Below, piece after piece: positions 46,774 through 55,368 of a stretch of 64,000 nucleotides of DNA. The first letter of the stretch is position 1. Every line of letters starts with the position of its first letter. Below the pieces are notes generated by a model. The model was not told the DNA's origin and made no database searches. It worked only from the letters and a program-made list of their open reading frames with translations. This DNA is from Dehalococcoidia bacterium (GTDB lineage Bacteria > Chloroflexota > Dehalococcoidia > Lucifugimonadales > UBA2985): assembly GCA_034423135.1 (NCBI GenBank), contig DAOUJC010000005.1:33985-97984 (forward strand), in the 5' to 3' direction. Position numbers and translations under genes: made by a program.

Positions 46774-48060
46774 TCAGACCACGTCGTGCCGCATGAGGTC
46801 GTCGTACGACTCGCGGCGACGAATGAGGCTGGCGCGCCCGTCCTTCACCATGACGATGGCGGGCCGGGGCACAAGGTTGTAGTTGCTGGCCATGGCGGGG
46901 GCGTAGGCGCCGGACGCAGGAATCGCGAGCACGTCGCCCGGCTCCAGCCGAGGAATGAGCACGTCGCGCAGCAGCACGTCACCCGACTCACAGAACCTGC
47001 CGGCCACCGACACGGCCTCCCACTCCTCCTCCACCATCTTGTTGGCAATGACCGCCTCGTACTGCGCCTGGTAGAGCGCGGGGCGTATGTTGTCTCCCAT
47101 GCCGCCGTCCACCGACACGTAACGCCGAACGCCCGGCACGTCCTTCACCGCGCCCGCGCTGTAGAGGGCAACGCCGGCCCGTCCGACTATGGCGCGGCCA
47201 GGCTCCACCACCAGGTGCGGGCCGCCCTCCGCGGGCAGAGGCGCGGCGATGGCCTCCGCGTACGCCTCAACCGGCGGCGGCTCCTGGTCTCGCGTATAGG
47301 CTATTGCAAAGCCGCCACCCGGGCTGATCTCCGACATCGTCAGCCCCTGCCTGGAGGCGAACTCAAGCGTGACCTCCATGGCGCGGGTGTACGGCTCCAG
47401 CTCGAATATGGGCGAGCCAAGGTGGAAGTGGAGGCCGACCAGCCGAACGCTGCTCACGCCGGAGGCGCGAGCCACGGCCTCAGCCGCATCGCCCGTCTGG
47501 ATGGCAAATCCGAACTTGCTGTCCAGGACGCCCGTCGTTGTGTAGACGTGGGTGTGAGGATCCACGCCCGGCGAGACGCGGAGCGTGATGTCCTGTACCA
47601 CGCCCCGCTCGGACGCAAGCTCTGCGAGGAGCGACAGCTCGTGGAAGTTGTCGACCACCACGCGGCCGATGCCGCACTCCAGCGCCATCGCCAGCTCCTC
47701 GCGGCTCTTGTTGTTGCCGTGGAAGTAGATGCGCTCCGGCGGGCAGTCGGCGCGCAGCGCAACCGCGAGCTCGCCGCCGGACACCACGTCGAATCCCAAG
47801 CCCTCCTCATGGAGCAGCCGAGCCAGCCCCACGTTGATGAAGGCCTTGCAGGCGTAGATGACCGAGCTATCGGCGTAACGAGACCTGAAGCCTCCGACGA
47901 ACTCCCTGCACATTCCGCGCAGCGTGTCCTCGTCAAACACGTACAGCGGCGTTCCGAATTCGGCAGCCAGATCCACGGTGTCGCATCCGCCCAGCAACAG
48001 CCGGCCGCGGGCGTCCACCTCGGCGGTGTAGGGAAACAGGTTGGCGTTGGGAAAGCTCAA
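46774..48060 (-). CDS. lysA: diaminopimelate decarboxylase
   Basis: GTPLYVFD, YACKAF, DVVSGGE, HFHLGS, EPGRAIVG, CESGD, GAYAPAMASNYN. Confidence 0.96.
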   Translation of the reverse strand: MSFPNANLFPYTAEVDARGRLLLGGCDTVDLAAEFGTPLYVFDEDTLRGMCREFVGGFRSRYADSSVIYACKAFINVGLARLLHEEGLGFDVVSGGELAVALRADCPPERIYFHGNNKSREELAMALECGIGRVVVDNFHELSLLAELASERGVVQDITLRVSPGVDPHTHVYTTTGVLDSKFGFAIQTGDAAEAVARASGVSSVRLVGLHFHLGSPIFELEPYTRAMEVTLEFASRQGLTMSEISPGGGFAIAYTRDQEPPPVEAYAEAIAAPLPAEGGPHLVVEPGRAIVGRAGVALYSAGAVKDVPGVRRYVSVDGGMGDNIRPALYQAQYEAVIANKMVEEEWEAVSVAGRFCESGDVLLRDVLIPRLEPGDVLAIPASGAYAPAMASNYNLVPRPAIVMVKDGRASLIRRRESYDDLMRHDVV

Positions 48061-48106
48061 GGCGGGTTCCTCCCGGTTCAGAGTGCGTAAGTGCTATGCG
48101 TTGAGG

Positions 48107-48514
48107 TTATTGCTGCTCACCCACGCAAACCTCCTCCTCCGTGACCTCGCCGCCATCGATGCGGAAGGCCCGGATTGGAGGATCGTCGCGCTGGAGGAGC
48201 GAGATAAGGATGTAGTACGCCTCCGGCCACGTGGCGAGCCGGATATCAGTCGACGATGGGTACGCCTCCGAGTGGGTGTGTGAGTGGTAGATTGCCATTA
48301 TCTCCCAGCCGCGATCGTCGATCTCCCGGTAGACGTTGAGCAGCTCCTTGGGGTCCATGCGATAGCGGTAGGGACTCGCCTCCACGTTGACCATGCGGTA
48401 CAGGTTGTGGACCTCGCCATCGCTGCCGGCGAGTATGCCACAGCACTCGTTGGGGTCGTCTTCCAGGGCGTGGGCAACCATATCCCGGGCGTACTTCTGG
48501 TCGAGGTAGAGCAT
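48107..48514 (-). CDS. M67/JAB (Mov34/MPN) metalloprotease
   Basis: PNECCGIL, YHSHTHSEAYPSSTD JAMM motif. Confidence 0.9.
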   Translation of the reverse strand: MLYLDQKYARDMVAHALEDDPNECCGILAGSDGEVHNLYRMVNVEASPYRYRMDPKELLNVYREIDDRGWEIMAIYHSHTHSEAYPSSTDIRLATWPEAYYILISLLQRDDPPIRAFRIDGGEVTEEEVCVGEQQ

Positions 48515-48622
48515 AGCTGCGCTACATTGTAGCCGCTGGAGGGCGCAGGGGCAAAGCGCGAGGCAGAGGCGATTCCGGCATCTCGAAACGAGGGCGGCGG
48601 TGGCTGCCGCAGTCTCTGGCCG

Positions 48623-49504
48623 TCACCCTCTGCCCCAGGCCGCGGCCGGCCTGCGAAACGCCAGGTACACGCCCGCAAGCACCAGCGCGCCTCCCGCGAC
48701 GCTCGCCGGCGGCGGTGCCTCGCCGAGCACCAGCCACGCCAGAATCGTCGCACCCACCGGCTCCGCCATCACCGCCACGGCCACCAGCGTGGCGCTCAGG
48801 TGGCCCAGCGCCCAGTTGAGCGACGAGTGCCCCAGAAGTTGCGGCCCCAGCGCCATCAGCGCCAGAATCAGGTACGTGAACGCGCTGTAGCCGGTCATCG
48901 GGGCGCCCGTCACTGCGACCGCCGCCAGCAGCAACACGGCCGCGGCGGGGTACACAATGGCTATGTAGCTGACGTTTGACATCTCCCGCCTGACTCTCCT
49001 GCCGATGAGGAAGTAGGCCGCGGCGCCAACGGCGCCCAGGAGCGCGAGCAGGTCGCCGAAGAGCTCCCGGTCCCCCGCGGCGCGGTCGCCGACGGCGATC
49101 ACGAGGCTGCCCGCCAGGCCAAGTGCGATTCCGCCCGCCAGGTGCGCAGTGACCCTCTCCCGGTATGCCACGTATGAGACCACGGCTATCAGCAGTGGGC
49201 TTGTGGTCACCAGCACCACGGAGCTGGTGACGGAGGTGTGCTCCAGTGAAGCGGTCCAGGCGACGAAGTGGGCGGCAAGCGTAATCGCGGAGGCCGCGCA
49301 CCACACCGCCTGCGAGAAGGTCAGAGAGCGGAGGCCGCTCCGGTCACGGGATGCGGCCAGCGGCGCCACCACCAGGCTGGCCATGCTGAGCCGGTATGCG
49401 GCGATTACCAGCGCCGGGGCGTCGGCAAGCCGGATGAGCACAGCGGCGCAGGACACGGCGGCAACGCCGGCTGCCACCACGCCGTAGAGCACTATCGGGC
49501 GCAA
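48623..49504 (-). CDS. DMT/EamA-family transporter
   Basis: 10-TM pattern, GDLLALLGA, EPVGATILAWLVLGE. Confidence 0.88.
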   Translation of the reverse strand: MRPIVLYGVVAAGVAAVSCAAVLIRLADAPALVIAAYRLSMASLVVAPLAASRDRSGLRSLTFSQAVWCAASAITLAAHFVAWTASLEHTSVTSSVVLVTTSPLLIAVVSYVAYRERVTAHLAGGIALGLAGSLVIAVGDRAAGDRELFGDLLALLGAVGAAAYFLIGRRVRREMSNVSYIAIVYPAAAVLLLAAVAVTGAPMTGYSAFTYLILALMALGPQLLGHSSLNWALGHLSATLVAVAVMAEPVGATILAWLVLGEAPPPASVAGGALVLAGVYLAFRRPAAAWGRG

Positions 49505-49527
49505 GCCGAGCGCGGGCGGCCGCCGCC

Positions 49528-50286
49528 CTATCCTCCGTCCGACTTCAACGCGCGGGACACGCCCCCAAACCTGAGCCGGTACAGCCCCTTCAGGTCGTCG
49601 ATGGCCGTCTTGACGACGCGCACGCGCGTGTCCGGGTCGTCGACCCAGCGCACCGGGATGTCCTTGATGCGGTAGCCGCCCTTCTCAGCAAGGATGAGCA
49701 GCTCCGAGTCGAAGAACCAGCCCTGGTCCAGCACCTTGGGCACCAGCGCCTGCGCCGCACTGCTGCTGATTGCCTTGAACCCGCACTGCGCGTCCGAGAA
49801 CCGAGTGAAGAACGACGCCTTGATGATCGCGTTGTAGGAGCGTGAGGTTATCTCCCGCTTGAGCGTGCGCTTGCTCACGTTGGACCCCTTCATCAGGCGG
49901 GAGCCCACGGCCAGGTCGAACCCCTCCTCGCCAATGGCCCGCACCATGGGCGGGAACGCCGCAAGGTCGGTCGAGAGGTCCACGTCCATGTAGGTGAGGA
50001 TGTCGGCGTCGCTCTCCAGCCACGCCTTGCGCAGCGCCCTGCCCCGTCCGCGAATCTCCAGCCGGCTCCAGGCTACGCGCGGCCAGTTCTCCTGAGCGAG
50101 CGACTCCGCGATCTCCGGCGTCCGGTCCGTGGAGCCGTTGTCAGCAATGACGATGCGGAACGGGTAGGGCGAGGAGTCCGTCAGGAACTGCAGAAGCGTG
50201 TCCACGCAGACGGGCAGTGCCCGCTCCTCGTTCAGGACCGGGATTACTACGTCTACTCTGGGAGGCATGGCTTCATGCGAGCCCAA
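49528..50286 (-). CDS. GT2 glycosyltransferase (dolichyl-phosphate beta-glucosyltransferase-like)
   Basis: VIPVLNEE, ADNGSTD, GRGRAL, YMDVD, DAQCGFKA. Confidence 0.88.
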   Translation of the reverse strand: MGSHEAMPPRVDVVIPVLNEERALPVCVDTLLQFLTDSSPYPFRIVIADNGSTDRTPEIAESLAQENWPRVAWSRLEIRGRGRALRKAWLESDADILTYMDVDLSTDLAAFPPMVRAIGEEGFDLAVGSRLMKGSNVSKRTLKREITSRSYNAIIKASFFTRFSDAQCGFKAISSSAAQALVPKVLDQGWFFDSELLILAEKGGYRIKDIPVRWVDDPDTRVRVVKTAIDDLKGLYRLRFGGVSRALKSDGG

Positions 50287-50310
50287 CAGCGGCCGAGGCT
50301 GGTCGAAGCG

Positions 50311-50748
50311 CTACTCGGCGCGAATCACCAGCATCGGGTTGGTGGAGGCGCGCAGCACCTTGTCGGTGATGCTCCCCATGACCCATCGCGCCACGCCTGA
50401 GTAGCCGTGGGTGGTCATGGCTATGAGGGTGTCCGGCTCCGACTCGGCCTCGTCGATGATGCGGGAGGCGACGTCGCCCTCCCGAACCTCGCAGTTCACC
50501 TCGACGCCCTCGTCACGCATGGAGGCGGCGACCTTGTTGAGGTACTCCTGCGCGTTATTCCGTATGCTCAGGGAGACCTGATCAAGGTACAAGCCGTGGC
50601 GGGGGTCGGACAACTGTGGGTCAACCGGGTCGATTATTCGCACGAGCGTCACCGGGATGTTCATGCCCTTGGCGATCTGCGTCGCATGGGGGAGAACCTT
50701 CTCCGCCAGTCCACTGCTATCCAGGGGCACCAGGATCCGTGAATACAT
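50311..50748 (-). CDS. universal stress protein
   Basis: ILVPLDSS, MTTHGYSGVARWVMGSITDKVL. Confidence 0.9.
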   Translation of the reverse strand: MYSRILVPLDSSGLAEKVLPHATQIAKGMNIPVTLVRIIDPVDPQLSDPRHGLYLDQVSLSIRNNAQEYLNKVAASMRDEGVEVNCEVREGDVASRIIDEAESEPDTLIAMTTHGYSGVARWVMGSITDKVLRASTNPMLVIRAE

Positions 50749-50953
50749 GGTTCAACATCCTCCTTCCGCGATTGCTTCCGGCCCGCCCCGGAGGGCTAGG
50801 CCAGCGCCATTATACCACCTATCCGCTCGGCTGAACCGGCGACTACAGCCCGAATATGCGGGCCTCTGTGGGGATTGACCGCGCCCTGGACGGCGCGTCG
50901 GCGTGAACTTCACCGTCTTGCCCAGCCATCACGCAGTGGCAAAGCGAGGGGCG

Positions 50954-51994
50954 CTAGGCCCGGACGGATCCGCCAACCAACTCAGCCAGCGACGACACTC
51001 CCTCGCGCTCCATGCTCTCCAGCAGGTAACGATTGATGCGCTTCACCAGCCAGGGCCCCTCGTAGACGAAGCCTGTGAACAGCTGCAGGGAGTTGGCGCC
51101 GGCACGCAGCACCCTCAGTGCGTCCTCGCCGGAGGAGACGCCCCCGCACCCGTTGATCGCCAGCCCGTCTCCGGCGTGATTCCTGATGTCCGCCACCATC
51201 CGCAACGTGTGGGGCAGCAAGGGCTTGCCGCTCAGCCCGCCCCTTCCCACGGCCAGCCGCTCGTCCGGCACAGGGTGCGTGTTGGCCACGGTCACGCCCT
51301 CCACGCCGTGCTCCATGCACACGTCCACCAGCTTCAGCACGCCGCCCCTCTGGTCGTCGTCGAAGTACGGCGGCAGCTTCAGGAACAGCGGTCCAGCCTT
51401 CTGCGGCCGGAGCGCGGTCAGCAGCTCGGCGAGTCTCTCGGGTTCCTGAAACACGCGAATGCCCTGGGTGTTTGGGGAGCTGACGTTCAGCTCGACGCCG
51501 TCGCAGAGCGGGGCCAGTTTTCGGTAGCACAGCGCGAACTCATGTAGGTTCAGGTCGGAGATGCTGACGAGCAGAGGCACGCCTGGCAACCGCCGACCGA
51601 GTCTTCCAGCCACCTCCTCCACGCCGCGGCTGGGGAATCCCAACGAGTTCACCAGCGCGCCATCATGCGGGTTGCGCACGATTCGTGGCCTGGGGTTGCC
51701 CGGACGCGGCTCCGCGGTGACCGTGCCTCCCACCATGTAGCCGAATCCAAGGCCGGCCAGGCGGTCCAGCATGAGGCAGTCCTTGTCGTAGCCGGCTGCC
51801 AGGCCGACGGGGTTCGGCAGGCGGATACCGGCCACTTCGCAGTGAAGACGCGGGTCGCTCAGGCCGGACAGGGCGCGCCAGACGGGACCTGCGACGAGGA
51901 GTGATTCGGCGAGGCGCTGCGCCCTCTCAGGAGGAAGCCTGAACAGGAGGGGCCGTACCAGACGAGTATAGATGCTCAACCCTGTCCCTCCCAT
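50954..51994 (-). CDS. pyrD: dihydroorotate dehydrogenase (quinone)
   Basis: NPVGLAAGYDK, PRPGNPRPRI, NSLGFPS, NVSSPNT, GGLSG. Confidence 0.93.
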   Translation of the reverse strand: MGGTGLSIYTRLVRPLLFRLPPERAQRLAESLLVAGPVWRALSGLSDPRLHCEVAGIRLPNPVGLAAGYDKDCLMLDRLAGLGFGYMVGGTVTAEPRPGNPRPRIVRNPHDGALVNSLGFPSRGVEEVAGRLGRRLPGVPLLVSISDLNLHEFALCYRKLAPLCDGVELNVSSPNTQGIRVFQEPERLAELLTALRPQKAGPLFLKLPPYFDDDQRGGVLKLVDVCMEHGVEGVTVANTHPVPDERLAVGRGGLSGKPLLPHTLRMVADIRNHAGDGLAINGCGGVSSGEDALRVLRAGANSLQLFTGFVYEGPWLVKRINRYLLESMEREGVSSLAELVGGSVRA

Positions 51995-52089
51995 GTTCCA
52001 GTCCAGTTATAGCACGGGCAGCCCGCGCTAGCAACTCCCGGCGCTCTCCGGCGACGGGCAGTTTGTCCCGCTAGCGCGCCGGTGGTATA

Positions 52090-52770
52090 GTGCCTGCGTA
52101 CGCTTGGCACTACGGGAGGCGACCATTGCTGGGAATCCTGGGAGGAACTGGGCCGGAGGGCATGGGGCTGGCACTGCGCCTTGGGCTGGCGGGTGAGCCG
52201 GTGTTCATCGGCTCGCGTGACGCGGCCCGCGCCGCCGCTGCGGCCGAGAGCCTGCGCGACCAGGGCGTCACGGCAGACGTACAGGCAGGCCTGAACGAGG
52301 AGGCTGCCGAGCGAGCCGACACAGTCATCATCGCCGTGCCGTTCGAGGCGCAGCGCGCCGTCCTAGAGCCGGTGCGAGACGCGCTGCGGGGCAAGACCGT
52401 GGTGGACACGGCGGTTGCGCTCATCCGCTCCGGCGGTCGCTTCGACCTGATGCACGTGGAGGAGGGGTCGGCGGCGCTGCAGGCGCAGGCCCTGCTACCG
52501 GACAGCAACGTGGTTGCAGCCTTCCAGACGATCAGCGCCCAAGACCTGCTGGACGCCGCGCATCCCGTGGAGGGCGACGTAGTCGTGTGCGCAGACGACG
52601 ACGCGGCGAAGTCGCTCGTGATGTCCTTCGTGGAGCGGATCCCTGCGCTGCGGGCTGTGGACGGCGGAGGCCTGGCAGGCTCGCGCTACGTCGAGGGCAT
52701 CACGCCTCTGCTGCTCAACGTCAACCGGAAGTACAGGGCGCGGACAGCCATACGGATACTGGGTCTCTAG
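52090..52770 (+). CDS. npdG: NADPH-dependent F420 reductase
   Basis: ILGGTGPEGMGLA, IGSRD, EGSAA, VAAFQTISA, YVEGITPLL. Confidence 0.88.
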   Translation: MPAYAWHYGRRPLLGILGGTGPEGMGLALRLGLAGEPVFIGSRDAARAAAAAESLRDQGVTADVQAGLNEEAAERADTVIIAVPFEAQRAVLEPVRDALRGKTVVDTAVALIRSGGRFDLMHVEEGSAALQAQALLPDSNVVAAFQTISAQDLLDAAHPVEGDVVVCADDDAAKSLVMSFVERIPALRAVDGGGLAGSRYVEGITPLLLNVNRKYRARTAIRILGL

Positions 52771-53333
52771 GCCTGCTCCACCACGCGGATTCTGCCGTCC
52801 GGCGCCGGCTCCAGAAGCGCCCGAAAGTCGTAGCCGCGCCGTCGCAGCTCCTCGCCGCCGCCCTGGTGGCGGTCCAGCACCACCATCACCCTCGCAACGC
52901 TGCAGCCCGCGGCCTCCACCGCCTCGATTGCCGTGAAGAGCGAGCCCCCTGTGCTACAGACGTCATCCACGATCATCACACGGCTGCCGGACCGGAGGCC
53001 TCCCTCCACCTGCTGCTGCATACCGTAGCCCTTCGCCTCCGACCTGACGAAGAAGGCGTGCACCGGCTTGCCCTCCAACCCGGCGGTCAGGGCCACCGCG
53101 GTGGCGATGGGGATTGCGGCCGTCGCGGGGCCGCCCACGGCTGTCACGTCCTCCTGGACTGCAGCGAGAAAGGCCCGCCCCAGCCAGTAGGAGCCTTCCG
53201 GGTGGAGGCTGACCAGCCGCCCGTCGAAGTAGTAGCTGCTCGTCGCACCTGATGACAGGGTGAACTCCCCGTACTTGAGCGCGCCCACCTCTTCCGAAAT
53301 CTCCAAGATCCTGCGAGCCGGATCATTGCTCAC
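52767..53333 (-). CDS. pyrE: orotate phosphoribosyltransferase
   Basis: GEFTLSSG, YYFD, KGYG, IVDDVCSTGGS. Confidence 0.93.
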   Translation of the reverse strand: MSNDPARRILEISEEVGALKYGEFTLSSGATSSYYFDGRLVSLHPEGSYWLGRAFLAAVQEDVTAVGGPATAAIPIATAVALTAGLEGKPVHAFFVRSEAKGYGMQQQVEGGLRSGSRVMIVDDVCSTGGSLFTAIEAVEAAGCSVARVMVVLDRHQGGGEELRRRGYDFRALLEPAPDGRIRVVEQA

Positions 53334-53334
53334 G

Positions 53335-53940
53335 CTAGACCTCCCGATACAGTCCGTTCTCGTATATGTACTCCTCCACTGCGCTGGGCACCCAGTGGGT
53401 GATGGGCAGCCCGCGGGCGACTCGACGGCGTACCTCAGCTGCGCTGATTCCTATGCCTGGGCCGTGCACCACTGCGACGCCGCTGGACGCCCCGACGCGG
53501 ATCTGCTCCAGCGACTGCAGGTCGAAGTTACGATGGCCGGGCCGCGCCACCGCCACGATGGTGCAGAGGTCGAAGAGGCGCTCCGGCCTGCTCCACCTGT
53601 GCAGGTTCTCCAGCGAGTCCATACCCAGGATGAAGTGGAGGCTGTCGGCGGCGTCCATGCCGGCACGCAGCTGCTCCAGCGTATCGGCTGTGTAGGTCGG
53701 CCCCGGCCTGTCGACCTCAACGGTGGAGACGTCGAATCGGTCATTGAGCGCCACGGCCCGCCGCGTCATCTCCAGCCGGTGCCTTCCCTCCGACACCTGC
53801 GTTCCTGCCTTCAGCCACGGCTGCCCCGCCGGCACGAAGAGCACCCGGTCGAGACCGACCTCGACCGCGGCCTCCTGCGCGATGATGAGGTGACCTACGT
53901 GAATGGGATCAAAGGTGCCCCCGAAGACTCCAAGCTTCAC
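53335..53940 (-). CDS. nadD: nicotinate-nucleotide adenylyltransferase
   Basis: GGTFDPIHVGH, SYT-like TYTADTL, FILGMDS, ISAAEVR. Confidence 0.95.
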   Translation of the reverse strand: MKLGVFGGTFDPIHVGHLIIAQEAAVEVGLDRVLFVPAGQPWLKAGTQVSEGRHRLEMTRRAVALNDRFDVSTVEVDRPGPTYTADTLEQLRAGMDAADSLHFILGMDSLENLHRWSRPERLFDLCTIVAVARPGHRNFDLQSLEQIRVGASSGVAVVHGPGIGISAAEVRRRVARGLPITHWVPSAVEEYIYENGLYREV

Positions 53941-53941
53941 G

Positions 53942-55204
53942 CTACTTCCACTCCAGCTCCCAGCTGCCGATTCGCACCGTCGCTCCAGTACGCGCCCCGG
54001 CGCGCTCGAGGGCTCGGACGGCGCCCATACGCTTCAGTTCGGCCCACAGCTGCACCTGCACCATCCAGTCGTCCATGTTGACGCGGCGGACGATGCGCTC
54101 CGCCCGATCGGCGTGCAGCACGAACACGTCGCCGTCCCGCGCGACGGACACGCGCTCACCTGTAGGTCGCGGCGTGAGCACGGGCGGCGGCTGTTGCTGC
54201 GGCTCAGGTGCGCCCTGCTCGCTCAGCATGTGCTCCACACGCAGCAGCAGTTCCGCTATGCCGACCTCGCCGGCAGCCGAGATGAAGCTGGGCCTCAGGC
54301 CGCGGCCCCGGAGGGAGGCCTCGATCTCATCGCGGCGGGCTTCCACCTCCGGCATGTCCATCTTGTTGACTGCCACAATCTCAGGCTTTGCAGCCAGCGA
54401 CGCGTCATACAGACGCATCTCCTCGCGGATCTGGTGATAGTCCGCGAGCGGGTCGTCTGCGGTTCCATCGAGAAGGTGCACGACAGTGCTCACTCTGCCT
54501 GCGTGCCGCAAGAATTCAGTGCCGAGACCTACACCGCGGTGGGCACCCTCCAGCAGCCCTGGAATCTCAACCAGGACGAAGTCGCGGGAACGTCCTTCCA
54601 CTGCGCCAAGCACAGGCTCAAGTGTGGTGAACGGATACGCCGCCACCTCTGGGTGAGCGCGCGTACACGCCCGGAGCAGCGAAGACTTCCCGACGCTCGG
54701 CATGCCCATAATCGCCACATCCGCGAGGAGTTGTAACTCTAGCTGCAGTGTGATCTCAGAAGTCACCTCTCCACCTTCAGCAATAACAGGCACGCGGTTC
54801 TGCGCATGAGCGAACCGCGCATTGCCCTTGCCCCCCTTGCCTCCGGCCGCGACCAGCACTGAAGCCCCTAGGTCAGTGAGGTCAGCCAGCAGGTGCCCAC
54901 CGTTACCTTCATCAGCGTACTTCACAAGTGTTCCTGGAGGTACGCCTATCAGGAGGTTCTCCCCACTGCGGCCAGTCTTGTTGCTCGTCTGACCGTTCTG
55001 TCCATTCATTGCCACAAATAGCTGCTTCGAGCGGAAGCTCCTGAAGAGATGTTGCCCAGACCTTGCCTGCAGCACCACACTTCCTCCATCTCCTCCGTCT
55101 CCCCCATCAGGACCGCCTTGAGGCACATACTTCTCCCTGCGAAAGCTGATCGCTCCCGAGCCTCCATTACCGCCGCGTACAACAACAGTTGCTGTATCTA
55201 TCAC
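53942..55204 (-). CDS. obgE: GTPase ObgE
   Basis: FRREKYVPQGGPDGGDGG, GMPSVGKS, YPFTT, NKMD, C-terminal DUF1967-like domain. Confidence 0.95.
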   Translation of the reverse strand: MIDTATVVVRGGNGGSGAISFRREKYVPQGGPDGGDGGDGGSVVLQARSGQHLFRSFRSKQLFVAMNGQNGQTSNKTGRSGENLLIGVPPGTLVKYADEGNGGHLLADLTDLGASVLVAAGGKGGKGNARFAHAQNRVPVIAEGGEVTSEITLQLELQLLADVAIMGMPSVGKSSLLRACTRAHPEVAAYPFTTLEPVLGAVEGRSRDFVLVEIPGLLEGAHRGVGLGTEFLRHAGRVSTVVHLLDGTADDPLADYHQIREEMRLYDASLAAKPEIVAVNKMDMPEVEARRDEIEASLRGRGLRPSFISAAGEVGIAELLLRVEHMLSEQGAPEPQQQPPPVLTPRPTGERVSVARDGDVFVLHADRAERIVRRVNMDDWMVQVQLWAELKRMGAVRALERAGARTGATVRIGSWELEWK

Positions 55205-55368
55205 TATGCTAACCTTCTAGAGAAGTGAAGAGAGTATTAGGAATAATAGCTGAATGCAGAGCTAATGTGAAACTAAGCATAATTTCGGAATAGATGAGGA
55301 AGTGTGAGACTGCTTAGAGACGCTGGGAGGAATTGGAGGTAATGGAATAAAGCGTAAGCACTGACACT

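Noticed and set aside
48107-48514. JAB protease as part of a CBASS or ubiquitin-like system
   Set aside because: No E1/E2, CD-NTase or ThiS/MoaD neighbour; looks like the ordinary Mec/M67 sulfur-carrier protease
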